From a bacterium (GTDB lineage: Bacteria > Patescibacteriota > Patescibacteriia > SBBB01): DNA of 64,000 nucleotides. The notes beneath the pieces were generated by a model. The model saw only the letters and a program-made list of their open reading frames with translations, had not been told where the DNA came from and made no database searches. Both the position numbers and the translations under genes were made by a program. Where the stretch lies: NCBI GenBank assembly GCA_005239895.1, contig SBBB01000027.1, positions 376 to 64,375 of the forward strand. Direction: 5' to 3'. Positions 39,332-49,464 of the stretch are shown in pieces. Position 1 is the stretch's first letter; each line of letters starts with the position of its first letter.

Positions 39332-39955
39332 ATGAAAAAGGAAATTAAGAAAATTTTTGTATTAGATGAGTTCACAAACGGACACAGAGCTGCAAGGGTT
39401 TTTATGAAACAGTATAGTTGGTTAGAATCAGAATATGAGATTGTTTTTTGTGGTAACCATGCGAATGTTTTGAAACAGCTCCAGAAACGACGCGCTTACG
39501 CTGTAGTTCCTGTTCATAACTCTATTGCGGGGAATATTAAAGAAGTAACTAGAAAACTAGCAATGATGAGAAATAATGGATATATTTTGGAGGAAATAGG
39601 GTGTCTTGATCTTCAGGTTGATCATTGCCTCTTAGCACATCAGAACGTGCAGAGACCTGAGGATTTAGAAGGCGTAATGTCACATAAACAAGTGATTCGG
39701 CAGTGTAGACGATTTCTAGATAAAATCGATATTAAACACGACAAACGAAAAACAAGTGATTCAACAACTGGCAAGGCCATAAAAATTATTACCAAACTAG
39801 GTTGCGAATGCAAAATTGGGATTATTGCTTCCCAGGAAGCTGCGGAAGCATACAATCTTAAAATTTTAGCTAAGAATATCCAAGATGTTCTTAATAATAA
39901 GACCACGTTTCTGCTTCTTGAAAATAAAACACTGATTAAGCGAGTTACGGAATGA
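39332..39955 (+). CDS. prephenate dehydratase-domain protein (no ACT domain)
   Basis: AVVPVHNSIAGNI and NKTTFLLLE match PDT motifs (vPiENS..G.. ; N.TRF). AAGGAGGGG RBS. Confidence 0.5.
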   Translation: MKKEIKKIFVLDEFTNGHRAARVFMKQYSWLESEYEIVFCGNHANVLKQLQKRRAYAVVPVHNSIAGNIKEVTRKLAMMRNNGYILEEIGCLDLQVDHCLLAHQNVQRPEDLEGVMSHKQVIRQCRRFLDKIDIKHDKRKTSDSTTGKAIKIITKLGCECKIGIIASQEAAEAYNLKILAKNIQDVLNNKTTFLLLENKTLIKRVTE

Positions 39956-40221
39956 GGGCCGATGATTTGTTTCGGTCCTCATTTAAGATATTGTTCAGGT
40001 TGTAAATTAATAGTCAGTTAAATTAAGTGCCGAGCAAGTTAATATTTACTTTTTTAAAATTTGTGTTAATTTTTTTTGAAAAAATAAAAAAATAAAAATG
40101 CTTTTAGAGATTATATAAAAATAAAAGTTAATAAAAATGACAAGGCCGAGTTTCGCGATAAAGTTACTGCGAAACCCGGCTTAAGATAATTTAATGTTCC
40201 AGTTTTTAATACTGTTGTTGG

Positions 40222-41553
40222 TTATTCCAGAAACATGGGGATTTTTTCGCCTCGTGTCAAATCCTCGCGTGTCTCTCGTACCCGTATTATATAATACTGC
40301 TCATCGTCAACCAATATTTCCGGCACACGTGGTCTTGCGTTATAGTTAGAGGCCATAGCAAGACCATATGCCCCTGCGCTCATTATAGCTAAAAGCTCAT
40401 CGGGCATCACTTCTGGCATAGTACGATCCTGCGCCAGAAAATCGCCTGACTCACAAATTGGCCCTACAACATCCACCACTTCATGTCGCCTTTCATTTTT
40501 TGCTACTGGTAAAATATGGTGATACGCCTCGTATAGTGAAGGACGGATTAGGTCGTTCATAGCAGCATCAACAATAATGAATTTTTTTGCATCGGTTGTT
40601 TTAGTATAAATCACGCGAGTTACCAAAATACCAGCATTCGCCACAATTGATCGCCCGGGCTCCATAATAATGGAGCAGCCACTGGCTTTCAGAATCGGTA
40701 GAATGTTTTTGGCAAGTTCAGTAGGATTTGGAGGTGTTTCTTGATCATATTGCACCCCTAATCCTCCACCAATATTCCAATAACGGATATCAAACCCATC
40801 TGATTGGATAAGCTCGCTCATTTTTTTAATGGCAGCGATAAACGGTTTGACGGTGGTTAGTTGTGAGCCGATGTGGGAATGAACCCCAGTCACATTGATG
40901 TGGTTCAATCGTCCAGCCAATTTGTACAAAGGTAAGACGCTGGAATGAGCTATGCCGAATTTACTCTTTTTTAAACCTGTGGAAATATAAGGATGTGTTT
41001 TTGGGTCCACATCCGGGTTGACCCGCAAGGCAACGGAGGCTTTTTTACCACACGACTTTGCAGCTGCGTCAAGCGCAATCAATTCCTGTTCTGATTCCAC
41101 GTTAAATAAAAGGATACCGGCTTGTAAAGCCTCACACATCTCTTCCTTTGTTTTTCCAACGCCTGCAATAACAATTTTTTCAGGTGAAATTCCAGCTTTT
41201 AATGCTAGGTAAAGTTCACCGCCGGAGACAATATCCACTCCTGCTCCTTCTTTTCCTAAAAGGTGAAGCACTGTCAGGCTAGAATTAGCCTTCATCGCAT
41301 AAGCAATTATGTGCGGCACAGTTGAGAAAGCTTTTTGGTATGTGATAATTTGTTTCCGTAATGCACCAGCGCTGTAAAGATAAAACGGTGTTCCTATATC
41401 TATTGCTATTTTCTCAACAGGAACATTCTCACAATAGAGTTGACTTGTTTTGTATGGGAAATATTGATTGTACACGATTCTCCTTTCAAAAGAAGTATTC
41501 CACTGTTTAGTGGAAAGTTCTTTTTTTACCAAAATGATTTTTATTTTACGCAC
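40222..41553 (-). CDS. lysA: diaminopimelate decarboxylase
   Basis: Fold-III PLP decarboxylase: YAMKANSS, GGGLGV, CESGD. GTG start. GC clearly above the genome background. Confidence 0.8.
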   Translation of the reverse strand: MRKIKIILVKKELSTKQWNTSFERRIVYNQYFPYKTSQLYCENVPVEKIAIDIGTPFYLYSAGALRKQIITYQKAFSTVPHIIAYAMKANSSLTVLHLLGKEGAGVDIVSGGELYLALKAGISPEKIVIAGVGKTKEEMCEALQAGILLFNVESEQELIALDAAAKSCGKKASVALRVNPDVDPKTHPYISTGLKKSKFGIAHSSVLPLYKLAGRLNHINVTGVHSHIGSQLTTVKPFIAAIKKMSELIQSDGFDIRYWNIGGGLGVQYDQETPPNPTELAKNILPILKASGCSIIMEPGRSIVANAGILVTRVIYTKTTDAKKFIIVDAAMNDLIRPSLYEAYHHILPVAKNERRHEVVDVVGPICESGDFLAQDRTMPEVMPDELLAIMSAGAYGLAMASNYNARPRVPEILVDDEQYYIIRVRETREDLTRGEKIPMFLE

Positions 41554-41754
41554 TTACGTAAAACAAACTAGCTCCTTGGTGAAGAACTAGTTTATATTTA
41601 GTAATTTTTTTTAATTACTACGTATAAACAAAATCTTCACTAATATTTTTAATCGACAATTTTATTCATTTTGTTTGATAAAGTTTTGTGTGGTACAGGG
41701 CTAATTTATGAGCTAGCCCTGTACCTTGAATATAAATGTAAAGGAAGGGTTTTG

Positions 41755-42933
41755 TTACCTTCCTGTAATTCCAGCCTTTTCCATCCGATCAACCGCCTCC
41801 AAAAGACGCGTTGTTGGGGAAGTGAGAGTCATGCGGATAAATCCTTCTCCTGCTTCTCCAAATCCAATACCAGGTGTTGCCACAATTGATGTCTCGGCAA
41901 GGAGTCGGGACGCGAATTCAGCTGATAATGTATGGGAAGGAATTTTAATCCAGACATAAAAACTGGCCTTGGGTGATTCAATTTGAAATCCCAGTTTTTG
42001 AAGACCTGGAACCAAGACGTCACGACGTTCTTGATAAATTCTTCGAATATTGTTTAATATGTGGTCTTCCGTTTTTAAAGCAGTTATTCCTGCCTCTTGT
42101 ATTGCCTGAAAGACCCCCGAATCCAGATTGCTTTTAACCTTCAGGAGCGCTGCCAATGCTTCTTTATTTCCTACAGCAAAACCAATGCGCCATCCAGTCA
42201 TGTTAAACGTCTTAGAAAGGGAGTGAAACTCAATTCCAACTTCTTTAGCTCCGGGAACTTCCAGAAAACTTAAAGGACGGATATCGTTATAGTAAATTTC
42301 CGAATAAGCTGCGTCATGACAGATCAGGATATTGTAGCGGTTAGCAAAAGCAACGACTGATTCAAAAAATTCGCGAGTTGCGACCGCTGTTGTTGGATTA
42401 TTGGGAGAATTGATGAAAAACATTCGGGCTTTCCTGGCCACTGATTCTGGAATGGAGTGCAAATCAGGTAGAAATCCGTTTTCTTCAAGAAGGGGAACAA
42501 AATAAGACTCGCCCCCGGCAAAGAGAGTTCCGGCATGGTAAACTGGATATCCAGGGTCGGTCATTAGGGCTGTATCACCGGGATTGATAAAAGCCAATGG
42601 TGCATGACCAATTCCTTCCTTTGATCCAATTAATGTAACCACTTCGGTATAAGGATCTAACGCGACATTAAATCGCCCTTGATACCATTGCGCCACGGCC
42701 TCACGAAAGGATGGCATACCTTCGTAAGACGGATACTGATGATTTTTAGGAATGGCTGCTGCTCTCTGTAATCGCTCAATAATTGACGTGGGAGTAGGCA
42801 GGTCTGGATCGCCGATGCCTAAGTTGATAACATCTTTTCCTTCGCGGATCGCTTCCTGCTTCATTGCATCAATTGCGGCAAAAAGATAAGGGGGAAGCTT
42901 TTTAATACGGTCGGCTGGAATAACTTTTGTCAT
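41755..42933 (-). CDS. dapL: LL-diaminopimelate aminotransferase-like class I aminotransferase
   Basis: KKLPPYLFAAIDAMKQEAIREGKDVINLGIGDPDLPTP matches the DapL N-terminal signature. AAGGAGG RBS before ATG at 42933. Elevated GC. Confidence 0.6.
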   Translation of the reverse strand: MTKVIPADRIKKLPPYLFAAIDAMKQEAIREGKDVINLGIGDPDLPTPTSIIERLQRAAAIPKNHQYPSYEGMPSFREAVAQWYQGRFNVALDPYTEVVTLIGSKEGIGHAPLAFINPGDTALMTDPGYPVYHAGTLFAGGESYFVPLLEENGFLPDLHSIPESVARKARMFFINSPNNPTTAVATREFFESVVAFANRYNILICHDAAYSEIYYNDIRPLSFLEVPGAKEVGIEFHSLSKTFNMTGWRIGFAVGNKEALAALLKVKSNLDSGVFQAIQEAGITALKTEDHILNNIRRIYQERRDVLVPGLQKLGFQIESPKASFYVWIKIPSHTLSAEFASRLLAETSIVATPGIGFGEAGEGFIRMTLTSPTTRLLEAVDRMEKAGITGR

Positions 42934-43216
42934 GGTATACCTCCTTTGTTTTTCCACACCCAATAAGTGGAGTTTATCTACTCACTGGCTATTTCCAGTG
43001 ATAGTAGGGCTGTGCTGTTTTCAGTAAAGACCTTAAATTATTAATACAGTATTTAATTTTTGTCAACTTTTTGCTAACAATACTTGTTTTTTTAAAAAAT
43101 TGTGTTAATCTGTAATTAATAGGTTTAATTAACAGGAAGGCTGCCAAAATTACTTTTTGGCAGGAAACTGAAACAACATTGGCTGATGTTAAGCCAGCAA
43201 AGAAAAGGAGGAAATA

Positions 43217-43714
43217 ATGATAATTACAATTTCAGCAGACAGGGTTCGAGAGCTTATTCAACTTCTGAAAAGAAATCAAGAGTTAGATACTGGATATGAG
43301 TATTTAGAAGCTGAGACAGGATACGGTTTCATTATAAAAAATATGACGCCACAGTTTGGGGAGATAAACAAGCTGTTAGATAATAGGGAGCACATTGCTT
43401 TCTTAGATCATATGAAATTACGTGTTGAGTTGGTCACAGGAAACCTTGCGGTTTTTTTATTCCAAAACTTCGTGTCACTCACAATAGATTATTCTAAGAT
43501 GATTGAAGGGGCAAAACCGATATTTGAATATCACCCTTCATCAGAATCAGAAAATTATGTATCTATCAGGAGATATCTCACTGTTGACGACTATAGTGAC
43601 AATGATTCATTAATAAAGATGATTCAAAAAATGATTGAGGAGTGCAAACGTGTTTATCAGGAGTATCACAAAGAGCCTGAGCCAGCGATCATACCTTCTG
43701 TCCTTGGTGCTTAA
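43217..43714 (+). CDS. hypothetical protein
   Basis: 165 aa, AAGGAGG RBS, no motif. Confidence 0.35.
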   Translation: MIITISADRVRELIQLLKRNQELDTGYEYLEAETGYGFIIKNMTPQFGEINKLLDNREHIAFLDHMKLRVELVTGNLAVFLFQNFVSLTIDYSKMIEGAKPIFEYHPSSESENYVSIRRYLTVDDYSDNDSLIKMIQKMIEECKRVYQEYHKEPEPAIIPSVLGA

Positions 43715-43817
43715 TAACGGATGGCTGAAATTTCTATTTGTATCATTTATTGAAACGGGGGAGTTTTTCAAAGACTCCCCCAAAATGCAAAAAACATTTT
43801 ATTAGTGAAGATAATTT

Positions 43818-44969
43818 ATGAAATTTTTTTCATTTGCAGACAAACGTGAAATATATCGAATACATGTTTTACATTCACTGCGCGGTTTCGCGTCGTCAAT
43901 AATAAGCGTCTATGTTCCTATCTTTCTTTTAACCTTGGGGTATTCGTTATCAAAAGTCATTATATTTTTTATTGTTTTTCACATTACGGGTTTATTATTT
44001 ACCATTTTTGTTTGTCCGATCCTAATTCGCAAATTGGGTCCAGTGCGACTTATAAAAATTTATTATCCCCTGGAAATTAGTTATCTTATTTTACTTAACT
44101 TTCTCTCAGCTTTTCCGTCTTTGTTTTTTGTTATAGCTATAATGGGAGGTCTGGCAATGTTTTCTTATTGGATTCCGGTTAAGATTCTTTTAATCAAAAA
44201 AGCAGAAAAAGAAAAAATGGGAAGTGACTTGGCAAACTTTTTCGTGCTACCAAAAGTATTTGGGATTATCGGACCGCTTATAAGCGCTGGCCTTATACCA
44301 CTCATTGGATTCTGGCCCGTATTTTTAATAGCTATATCCATATTAGTTTTTTCATACTTGCCACTAATTGGTATTAGTGGTAGGGAGATAATACAAAATT
44401 TTGATATTAGATTATCTCGAGTATGGAGTAAATTACGCGAAAGAAAATCATTATTTATACTGGAACTCTTTGACGATATCGTTGGACAGTCGGAGTGGTT
44501 CTGGGGAATTTTTGTTTTTCTTATTATTGGAACCCTTGAAGCTCCTGGGATTGTGGGAAGCCTCAATACTTTAGGTAGCATTATATTTACGATCATAGTT
44601 GGAAAATATGCCAACAAAAATTCTAAGGTTTTAGTACCAATTGCTTCAGTATGTATAGCCATAGTATGGATCGCGCGCGTATTTATTGAAAAAGCTTTAT
44701 CAGCATATCTTATTACTATTGTTGCTTCGTTTGTTATGACATTCTTTTTGGTGTCTTATTTTAGTACGATTTATCGCACGGTGAAAAATCAGCAAGAGGA
44801 GGAATTTCTTATTTTGCGAGAAATACCAATGGTTTTAGGGCGTCTTATTGTTTTTGGAGCAATTTTAATCACTGCCAACAGTCCGCGCTTGTTTTTTGCA
44901 CTCCCTATTTTTGCCACACTCGTATTCCTGGTAGTATTTATGTCAACTAGAGATAAGTTAGCAGCGTAA
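43818..44969 (+). CDS. MFS-type transporter-like membrane protein
   Basis: About 11-12 TM helices, 383 aa. Confidence 0.45.
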   Translation: MKFFSFADKREIYRIHVLHSLRGFASSIISVYVPIFLLTLGYSLSKVIIFFIVFHITGLLFTIFVCPILIRKLGPVRLIKIYYPLEISYLILLNFLSAFPSLFFVIAIMGGLAMFSYWIPVKILLIKKAEKEKMGSDLANFFVLPKVFGIIGPLISAGLIPLIGFWPVFLIAISILVFSYLPLIGISGREIIQNFDIRLSRVWSKLRERKSLFILELFDDIVGQSEWFWGIFVFLIIGTLEAPGIVGSLNTLGSIIFTIIVGKYANKNSKVLVPIASVCIAIVWIARVFIEKALSAYLITIVASFVMTFFLVSYFSTIYRTVKNQQEEEFLILREIPMVLGRLIVFGAILITANSPRLFFALPIFATLVFLVVFMSTRDKLAA

Positions 44970-44974
44970 ACTAT

Positions 44975-45014
44975 GTCTACACTCACTTCGGCGCGGCCGC
45001 GCTGAGTTGTAGAC
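44975..45014. terminator. GC-rich nested hairpin GTCTACA...CGCGGCCGCG...TTGTAGAC
   Basis: Directly 3' of the MFS gene. Paralogous hairpin at 50191..50222. Confidence 0.5.
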
Positions 45015-45098
45015 GGGACAATGTTTAGTTACTTAACAGTCTGACCACTAAGTAATAGTAGGTTGAAATCTATTAAGAGAAATGGTAGAATTCAAAAT

Positions 45099-45644
45099 AT
45101 GTCTATAAAAATTACTTATTTTGTTCATGGCACTAGTATTGATAATGAAACAGAAATTTCATCTGGGTGGTCTGATGTTGGACTTTCAGAATTAGGTGTA
45201 AAGCAATCAGTTGATTTAAAAGAAAAAATTAAAGATAAAAAATTTGATGTTGTGTTTTGTTCGGACTTGAAACGAGCTGTAGATTCAGCAAAGCTAATAT
45301 TTGAGGGTGAAGTATCGATTATTCCTGACACGCGATTACGAGAGTGCAACTACGGCCTATATACTTCCCAGCCATCGAGTATTGTTGAGCCTATGCACGA
45401 AAAGAGGATAACCGATAAATTTCCAAATGGTGAGAGTTATGAGGATATAAAAGCAAGAATTAACGATTTTCTAAATTTTCTAAAACAAAATTATGATGGC
45501 AAAAGTATTGCTATAGTTGCCCATAAGGCTCCACAACTTGCATTTGATGTTTTACTTAAAGATAAAACTTGGGAAGAAGCGTTTAGGGAAGACTGGCGTA
45601 AAACAAAAGCCTGGAAACCAGGCTGGGAATATATTATGCGTTAA
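45099..45644 (+). CDS. histidine phosphatase family protein with RHG-to-VHG substitution
   Basis: KITYFVHGTS in place of the canonical RHG. Otherwise PGM-family-like (SDLKRA, IVAHKAP). Confidence 0.5.
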   Translation: MSIKITYFVHGTSIDNETEISSGWSDVGLSELGVKQSVDLKEKIKDKKFDVVFCSDLKRAVDSAKLIFEGEVSIIPDTRLRECNYGLYTSQPSSIVEPMHEKRITDKFPNGESYEDIKARINDFLNFLKQNYDGKSIAIVAHKAPQLAFDVLLKDKTWEEAFREDWRKTKAWKPGWEYIMR

Positions 45645-45678
45645 GCTTACTTAATTATAAAAGTATATAATATTCAAA

Positions 45679-47622
45679 ATGTCTGATAAAACAAATTTAA
45701 AACATATTTTAATAGTTGTCATTTTAGCTATTTTATTTAGCGGAGGTTTGGTTTGGCAATTTTTGTTAGTACCCAAAGAGTCTTTTTCAGCTATAGACGA
45801 ATCTAATTTATCTAAATTACCAACCAAAGAAATTACGGAGACTTATGATCCCAAGTGGTTTGGAGAATACGTACCGGTTATGAAAGGTGAAGCTGCAAAT
45901 TATAATTATGCTGATCCGGATGCTTTGACATTGCCATCCGGTTATCGTTTATACGTAGAAGAAATGGGAAAACACCAGATTGTGAGTTTTTTCTCTAAGG
46001 ATGGTATTAATTGGAGTCGTGAGACAGGAGTGCGCGTTCATAATGCAGCTTTTGCAGATGCAATATATTTACCTGATGGTCGCGTAAGGATTTACTTTCA
46101 AGGTTTTAAAGCTATTAATAGCGCAATTTCAAATGACGAAGGTTTGTCATTTACTGCAGAGGACGGGGCGCGTGTTCCAACCGGTTGGCACGGAGAACTT
46201 GATGTTGATAATGTTGCTGCGCCAAGCGTTGTGCGTCTAATAGACGGTCGCTATCGTATGTACTATATTGGTCGAAAAATAGATGTTTCATATTGCAATA
46301 ATGTAAAGCACGTTATACTTTCGGCAATTTCTAATGATGGATTAAATTTTAGTCCTGAAAATGGTGTGCGTGTGGCTCCGGAAGATTGGCCTATTACTGC
46401 TCAAATGAAACATTGTAAATGGAGTTACATTGATGGTCCTGAGGTAGTATTGACATCCGAAGGAAACACCAAGCTTTATTTTTGGGGAGCATGCGATGGA
46501 ATTTGTTTGAGTACTTCAAAAGATGGACTAAAGTTTGAGAGAGTTGGTTCAATATTTTCAAATACTCAATTACCAACTGCTCCTAAAGGAAATGCTGGTG
46601 ATCCAGCTACTTTGCAGCTTAAAGATGCGCAGTTATTATTTTACAATAGTGTGCAGAATAATTATCAGAGTGTGTTTATCGCTAAACAAGTGGCGTCTAC
46701 TATTATACCCTTAAAGACTTCAGTTGAAACACCTCAGAAAACAAAAGAGCCAGAGCAAGAATCAAAGAAAAAAAGTTCATCTATTGAATACAAATTTCCA
46801 CCAGTCGTTAATTTTGTAGACACTGCTAGAGATGGTCCCTGGAGTAGAGATTTATGGGTAACTGAGAGTAGTGACGCCACTAATTTTAAGAAAGCTAAAA
46901 TTTTTGTGGAAAGAGCTGGCGTACCTAGTATTACTAGAGATAATAAAGATAGGCTTGTTGTTGCTTTTCAATGGTTTCCAAAAAATAATAAACAAAGTTT
47001 TGATCAAGTAGCTCTGGTTTTTTCAAAAGATTATGGAAAAACTTGGTCGCAACCTCAGCCTATGAAAATTGCAAACTTTCCTCAAGGCTATATGAGGCCT
47101 TTTGATCCCACCATTATTTCTATACCCAACGGTAAAATTCGTATGTACTTTACATCCAAACCTCAAGCTAGTCAGCCATCAATATTTTCAGCTATTTCTG
47201 AGGATGGTATTAATTATATATTTGAGCCAGGAGAAAGGTTTGGGGTGAGGGGTGAAATGGTGATTGATTCAGCAGTTGGTAGAATTGGCAATACTTGGCA
47301 TTTACTTTCGCCGGTTAATATTAAGGGAACTAGGGGCACTGCTTATCATGCGGTTTCAACTGACGGGCTTAGTTTTTCTACCAAGCCAAATATTAAATTT
47401 CAAAAGGATGTTAATTGGATAGGTAATTTATTACTATTTAACAATGGTTTAAGATTTTATGGTTCTAGTCCTAAGATTTGGTGGACATTTACCCAAAAAG
47501 GCGAGAAGTGGACCGAACCGAAATATACGAACATTGTGGGTGGTGATCCAGCCATAATCAAACTTTCTAATAAAAAATATTTAATGATTTATGTTGGTCA
47601 ATCTAAAAAAAGACTGAATTGA
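45679..47622 (+). CDS. secreted BNR/Asp-box repeat protein (sialidase/glycoside-hydrolase-like beta-propeller)
   Basis: N-terminal TM/signal. About 7 Asp-box-like repeats (SKDGINWS, SNDEGLSF, SNDGLNFS, SKDGLKF, SKDYGKTWS, SEDGINY, STDGLSFS). Confidence 0.5.
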   Translation: MSDKTNLKHILIVVILAILFSGGLVWQFLLVPKESFSAIDESNLSKLPTKEITETYDPKWFGEYVPVMKGEAANYNYADPDALTLPSGYRLYVEEMGKHQIVSFFSKDGINWSRETGVRVHNAAFADAIYLPDGRVRIYFQGFKAINSAISNDEGLSFTAEDGARVPTGWHGELDVDNVAAPSVVRLIDGRYRMYYIGRKIDVSYCNNVKHVILSAISNDGLNFSPENGVRVAPEDWPITAQMKHCKWSYIDGPEVVLTSEGNTKLYFWGACDGICLSTSKDGLKFERVGSIFSNTQLPTAPKGNAGDPATLQLKDAQLLFYNSVQNNYQSVFIAKQVASTIIPLKTSVETPQKTKEPEQESKKKSSSIEYKFPPVVNFVDTARDGPWSRDLWVTESSDATNFKKAKIFVERAGVPSITRDNKDRLVVAFQWFPKNNKQSFDQVALVFSKDYGKTWSQPQPMKIANFPQGYMRPFDPTIISIPNGKIRMYFTSKPQASQPSIFSAISEDGINYIFEPGERFGVRGEMVIDSAVGRIGNTWHLLSPVNIKGTRGTAYHAVSTDGLSFSTKPNIKFQKDVNWIGNLLLFNNGLRFYGSSPKIWWTFTQKGEKWTEPKYTNIVGGDPAIIKLSNKKYLMIYVGQSKKRLN

Positions 47623-47706
47623 TGTTCCCTTGAACTAACAATATGTTTTATAATTTTAGCAGTCAAAAAATTCAGGGACTTTATACTAAGAGAGCATTCA
47701 AAAGTT

Positions 47707-47729
47707 ACTTAGAAGCAAGGCACCTAAGT
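47707..47729. repeat. REP-like hairpin ACTTAGAAGCAAGGCACCTAAGT
   Basis: Inverse-orientation variant of the 2458/15828 unit. Confidence 0.6.
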
Positions 47730-47762
47730 TTTACAAAAATAAATATATTTTAACTTAATATT

Positions 47763-48677
47763 ATGAAAACAATTGTAACTGCCGAAGCTAAGGGAGCAGA
47801 CATAGATGTATTTGCTTGCGCTGTTGCATATGCTGAATTATTGAGCCTTGAAGGTAAAGAATCAATTCCGGTTATTCCTGGAATGTTTACGGCCAGTGTT
47901 ACGCCTTCCATACTTGCTTGGGGCGCAAAATACGAAACCATCTATAGTTCCGATGGTTCTGAAAATTTTGTATTAGTAGATATTTCTGATCCGGATCAAT
48001 TCCCAAGTTTCGTTTTTCATAATCGAATTAGTGAAATATATGATCATAGAAGTGGACACGAAACATATTGGAAGGATAGAATACAAAATAACGCTCATAT
48101 TGAAATGGTTGGCGCGTGTGGAACACTTATTTGGGAACAATTTAAAAAGCGCGCAAAAGAAAAGGATATTAGTATGGTCTCTGCAAAATTATTACTGGCA
48201 TCCATTGTTTCTAATACCCTGGCTTTTAGATCCCTAAATGTTACGGAACGAGATAAAGTTGCGTATGCTGAATTGAGTGCCATCACTGGGCTTTCGGAAG
48301 AGTGGATTCAAAAATATTTTTTAGAGCAAGAAGATATTTTATTAAAAAATTTTGAGCAATATTTGCGGGCTGATACTAAAGTATTTAAAACTGCTTCAGG
48401 TGATTTTGCAATTGGTCAAATTGAAATATGGGATGCGACTGATTTATTGAACACCAGAAAAAATGAACTGGATCACATTATGTCTGAATATGAATCTATG
48501 CCTTGGATTGTTAACATTCCTAATATTTCAAAAGGATTTAATTATGTATATTCAAAAAGTTTGCGGGGCAAAGAAATCATAGAAAAAGTATGTGGTTTAA
48601 AATTTGAGAATGATATTGCTACTACCAAAGGTTTACTTATGCGAAAATATCTCATGAAAGTTTTGAGGGAAGTGTAA
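47763..48677 (+). CDS. DHH-family protein resembling family II inorganic pyrophosphatase with degenerate motifs
   Basis: ...DIDVFACAVAYAEL (DxD kept, upstream His/Asn lost), DHRSG instead of DHH, SNTL instead of SDTL. Length 304 aa as for PpaC. Confidence 0.4.
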   Translation: MKTIVTAEAKGADIDVFACAVAYAELLSLEGKESIPVIPGMFTASVTPSILAWGAKYETIYSSDGSENFVLVDISDPDQFPSFVFHNRISEIYDHRSGHETYWKDRIQNNAHIEMVGACGTLIWEQFKKRAKEKDISMVSAKLLLASIVSNTLAFRSLNVTERDKVAYAELSAITGLSEEWIQKYFLEQEDILLKNFEQYLRADTKVFKTASGDFAIGQIEIWDATDLLNTRKNELDHIMSEYESMPWIVNIPNISKGFNYVYSKSLRGKEIIEKVCGLKFENDIATTKGLLMRKYLMKVLREV

Positions 48678-48752
48678 TTAGAATTTAATTTTTTGCTTTT
48701 TCTTCGGTTTTATATAACATATAGTTTAGAAAGGTTAAAATAATTGTTTTTT

Positions 48753-49424
48753 ATGAAAAAGATTCAACTTCCTACAGATAAAGCACATAGAATTTTGGCT
48801 CCACGGATAGCATATATAGTTACCACTGTTGATAAACTAGGACGAGTAAACGCAGGTTCTTTCTCAAATCTAACTTCAGTTTCGACTGATCCAGAAAGAT
48901 TAGTACTCGCTGTTTATAAAGCATGGGACACAATAAGAAATATTAGAGCAACGCGTGAATTTGTTGTGAATGTTCCATCAAAAAATTTACTTAGAGAAGT
49001 TTGGATTTGTGGAGATAAATACGCAGGTAATCCAATTCCACCTGGTATTGATGAACTGAAGATCGCAGGGCTTACAGAAATATCGAGTAAGAAGGTAAGG
49101 CCGCCACGTGTTGCCGAGTGTCCTATGCATTTGGAATGCAAAGTTGTTTGGATTAAAAATGTAGGAGACCATTATTTGATTTTGGGCGATATAGTTTCAG
49201 CTTCGTATACTCACGGTGTTTTTGATCAAGATTTTATTCAGATTATTTCAAAAACTTTGCCGTTAATGGAAATCTCGCGAGATTTTTTTACTTCTCCTGG
49301 AAAGGTTGTCACTGTGGGTCGAAAAGAAGTGCGAAAAATAGTAAACCAAGAGTTAGAGAAAATGAATATAAAAGTTTCAAAAAAGTTAAAGATTTACAAG
49401 ATGCTTCGTTGGAGTGAAGAGTAG
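48753..49424 (+). CDS. flavin reductase-like FMN-binding domain protein
   Basis: PRIAYIVTTVDKLGRVNAGSFSNLTSVSTDP pattern of the flavin reductase-like domain. Confidence 0.6.
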   Translation: MKKIQLPTDKAHRILAPRIAYIVTTVDKLGRVNAGSFSNLTSVSTDPERLVLAVYKAWDTIRNIRATREFVVNVPSKNLLREVWICGDKYAGNPIPPGIDELKIAGLTEISSKKVRPPRVAECPMHLECKVVWIKNVGDHYLILGDIVSASYTHGVFDQDFIQIISKTLPLMEISRDFFTSPGKVVTVGRKEVRKIVNQELEKMNIKVSKKLKIYKMLRWSEE

Positions 49425-49464
49425 AAATACTAGACATTTTCTAAATTAATTATTAAAACCCATT

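Noticed and set aside
44165-44662. 165-aa ORF on - strand
   Set aside because: Antisense inside the MFS transporter gene.
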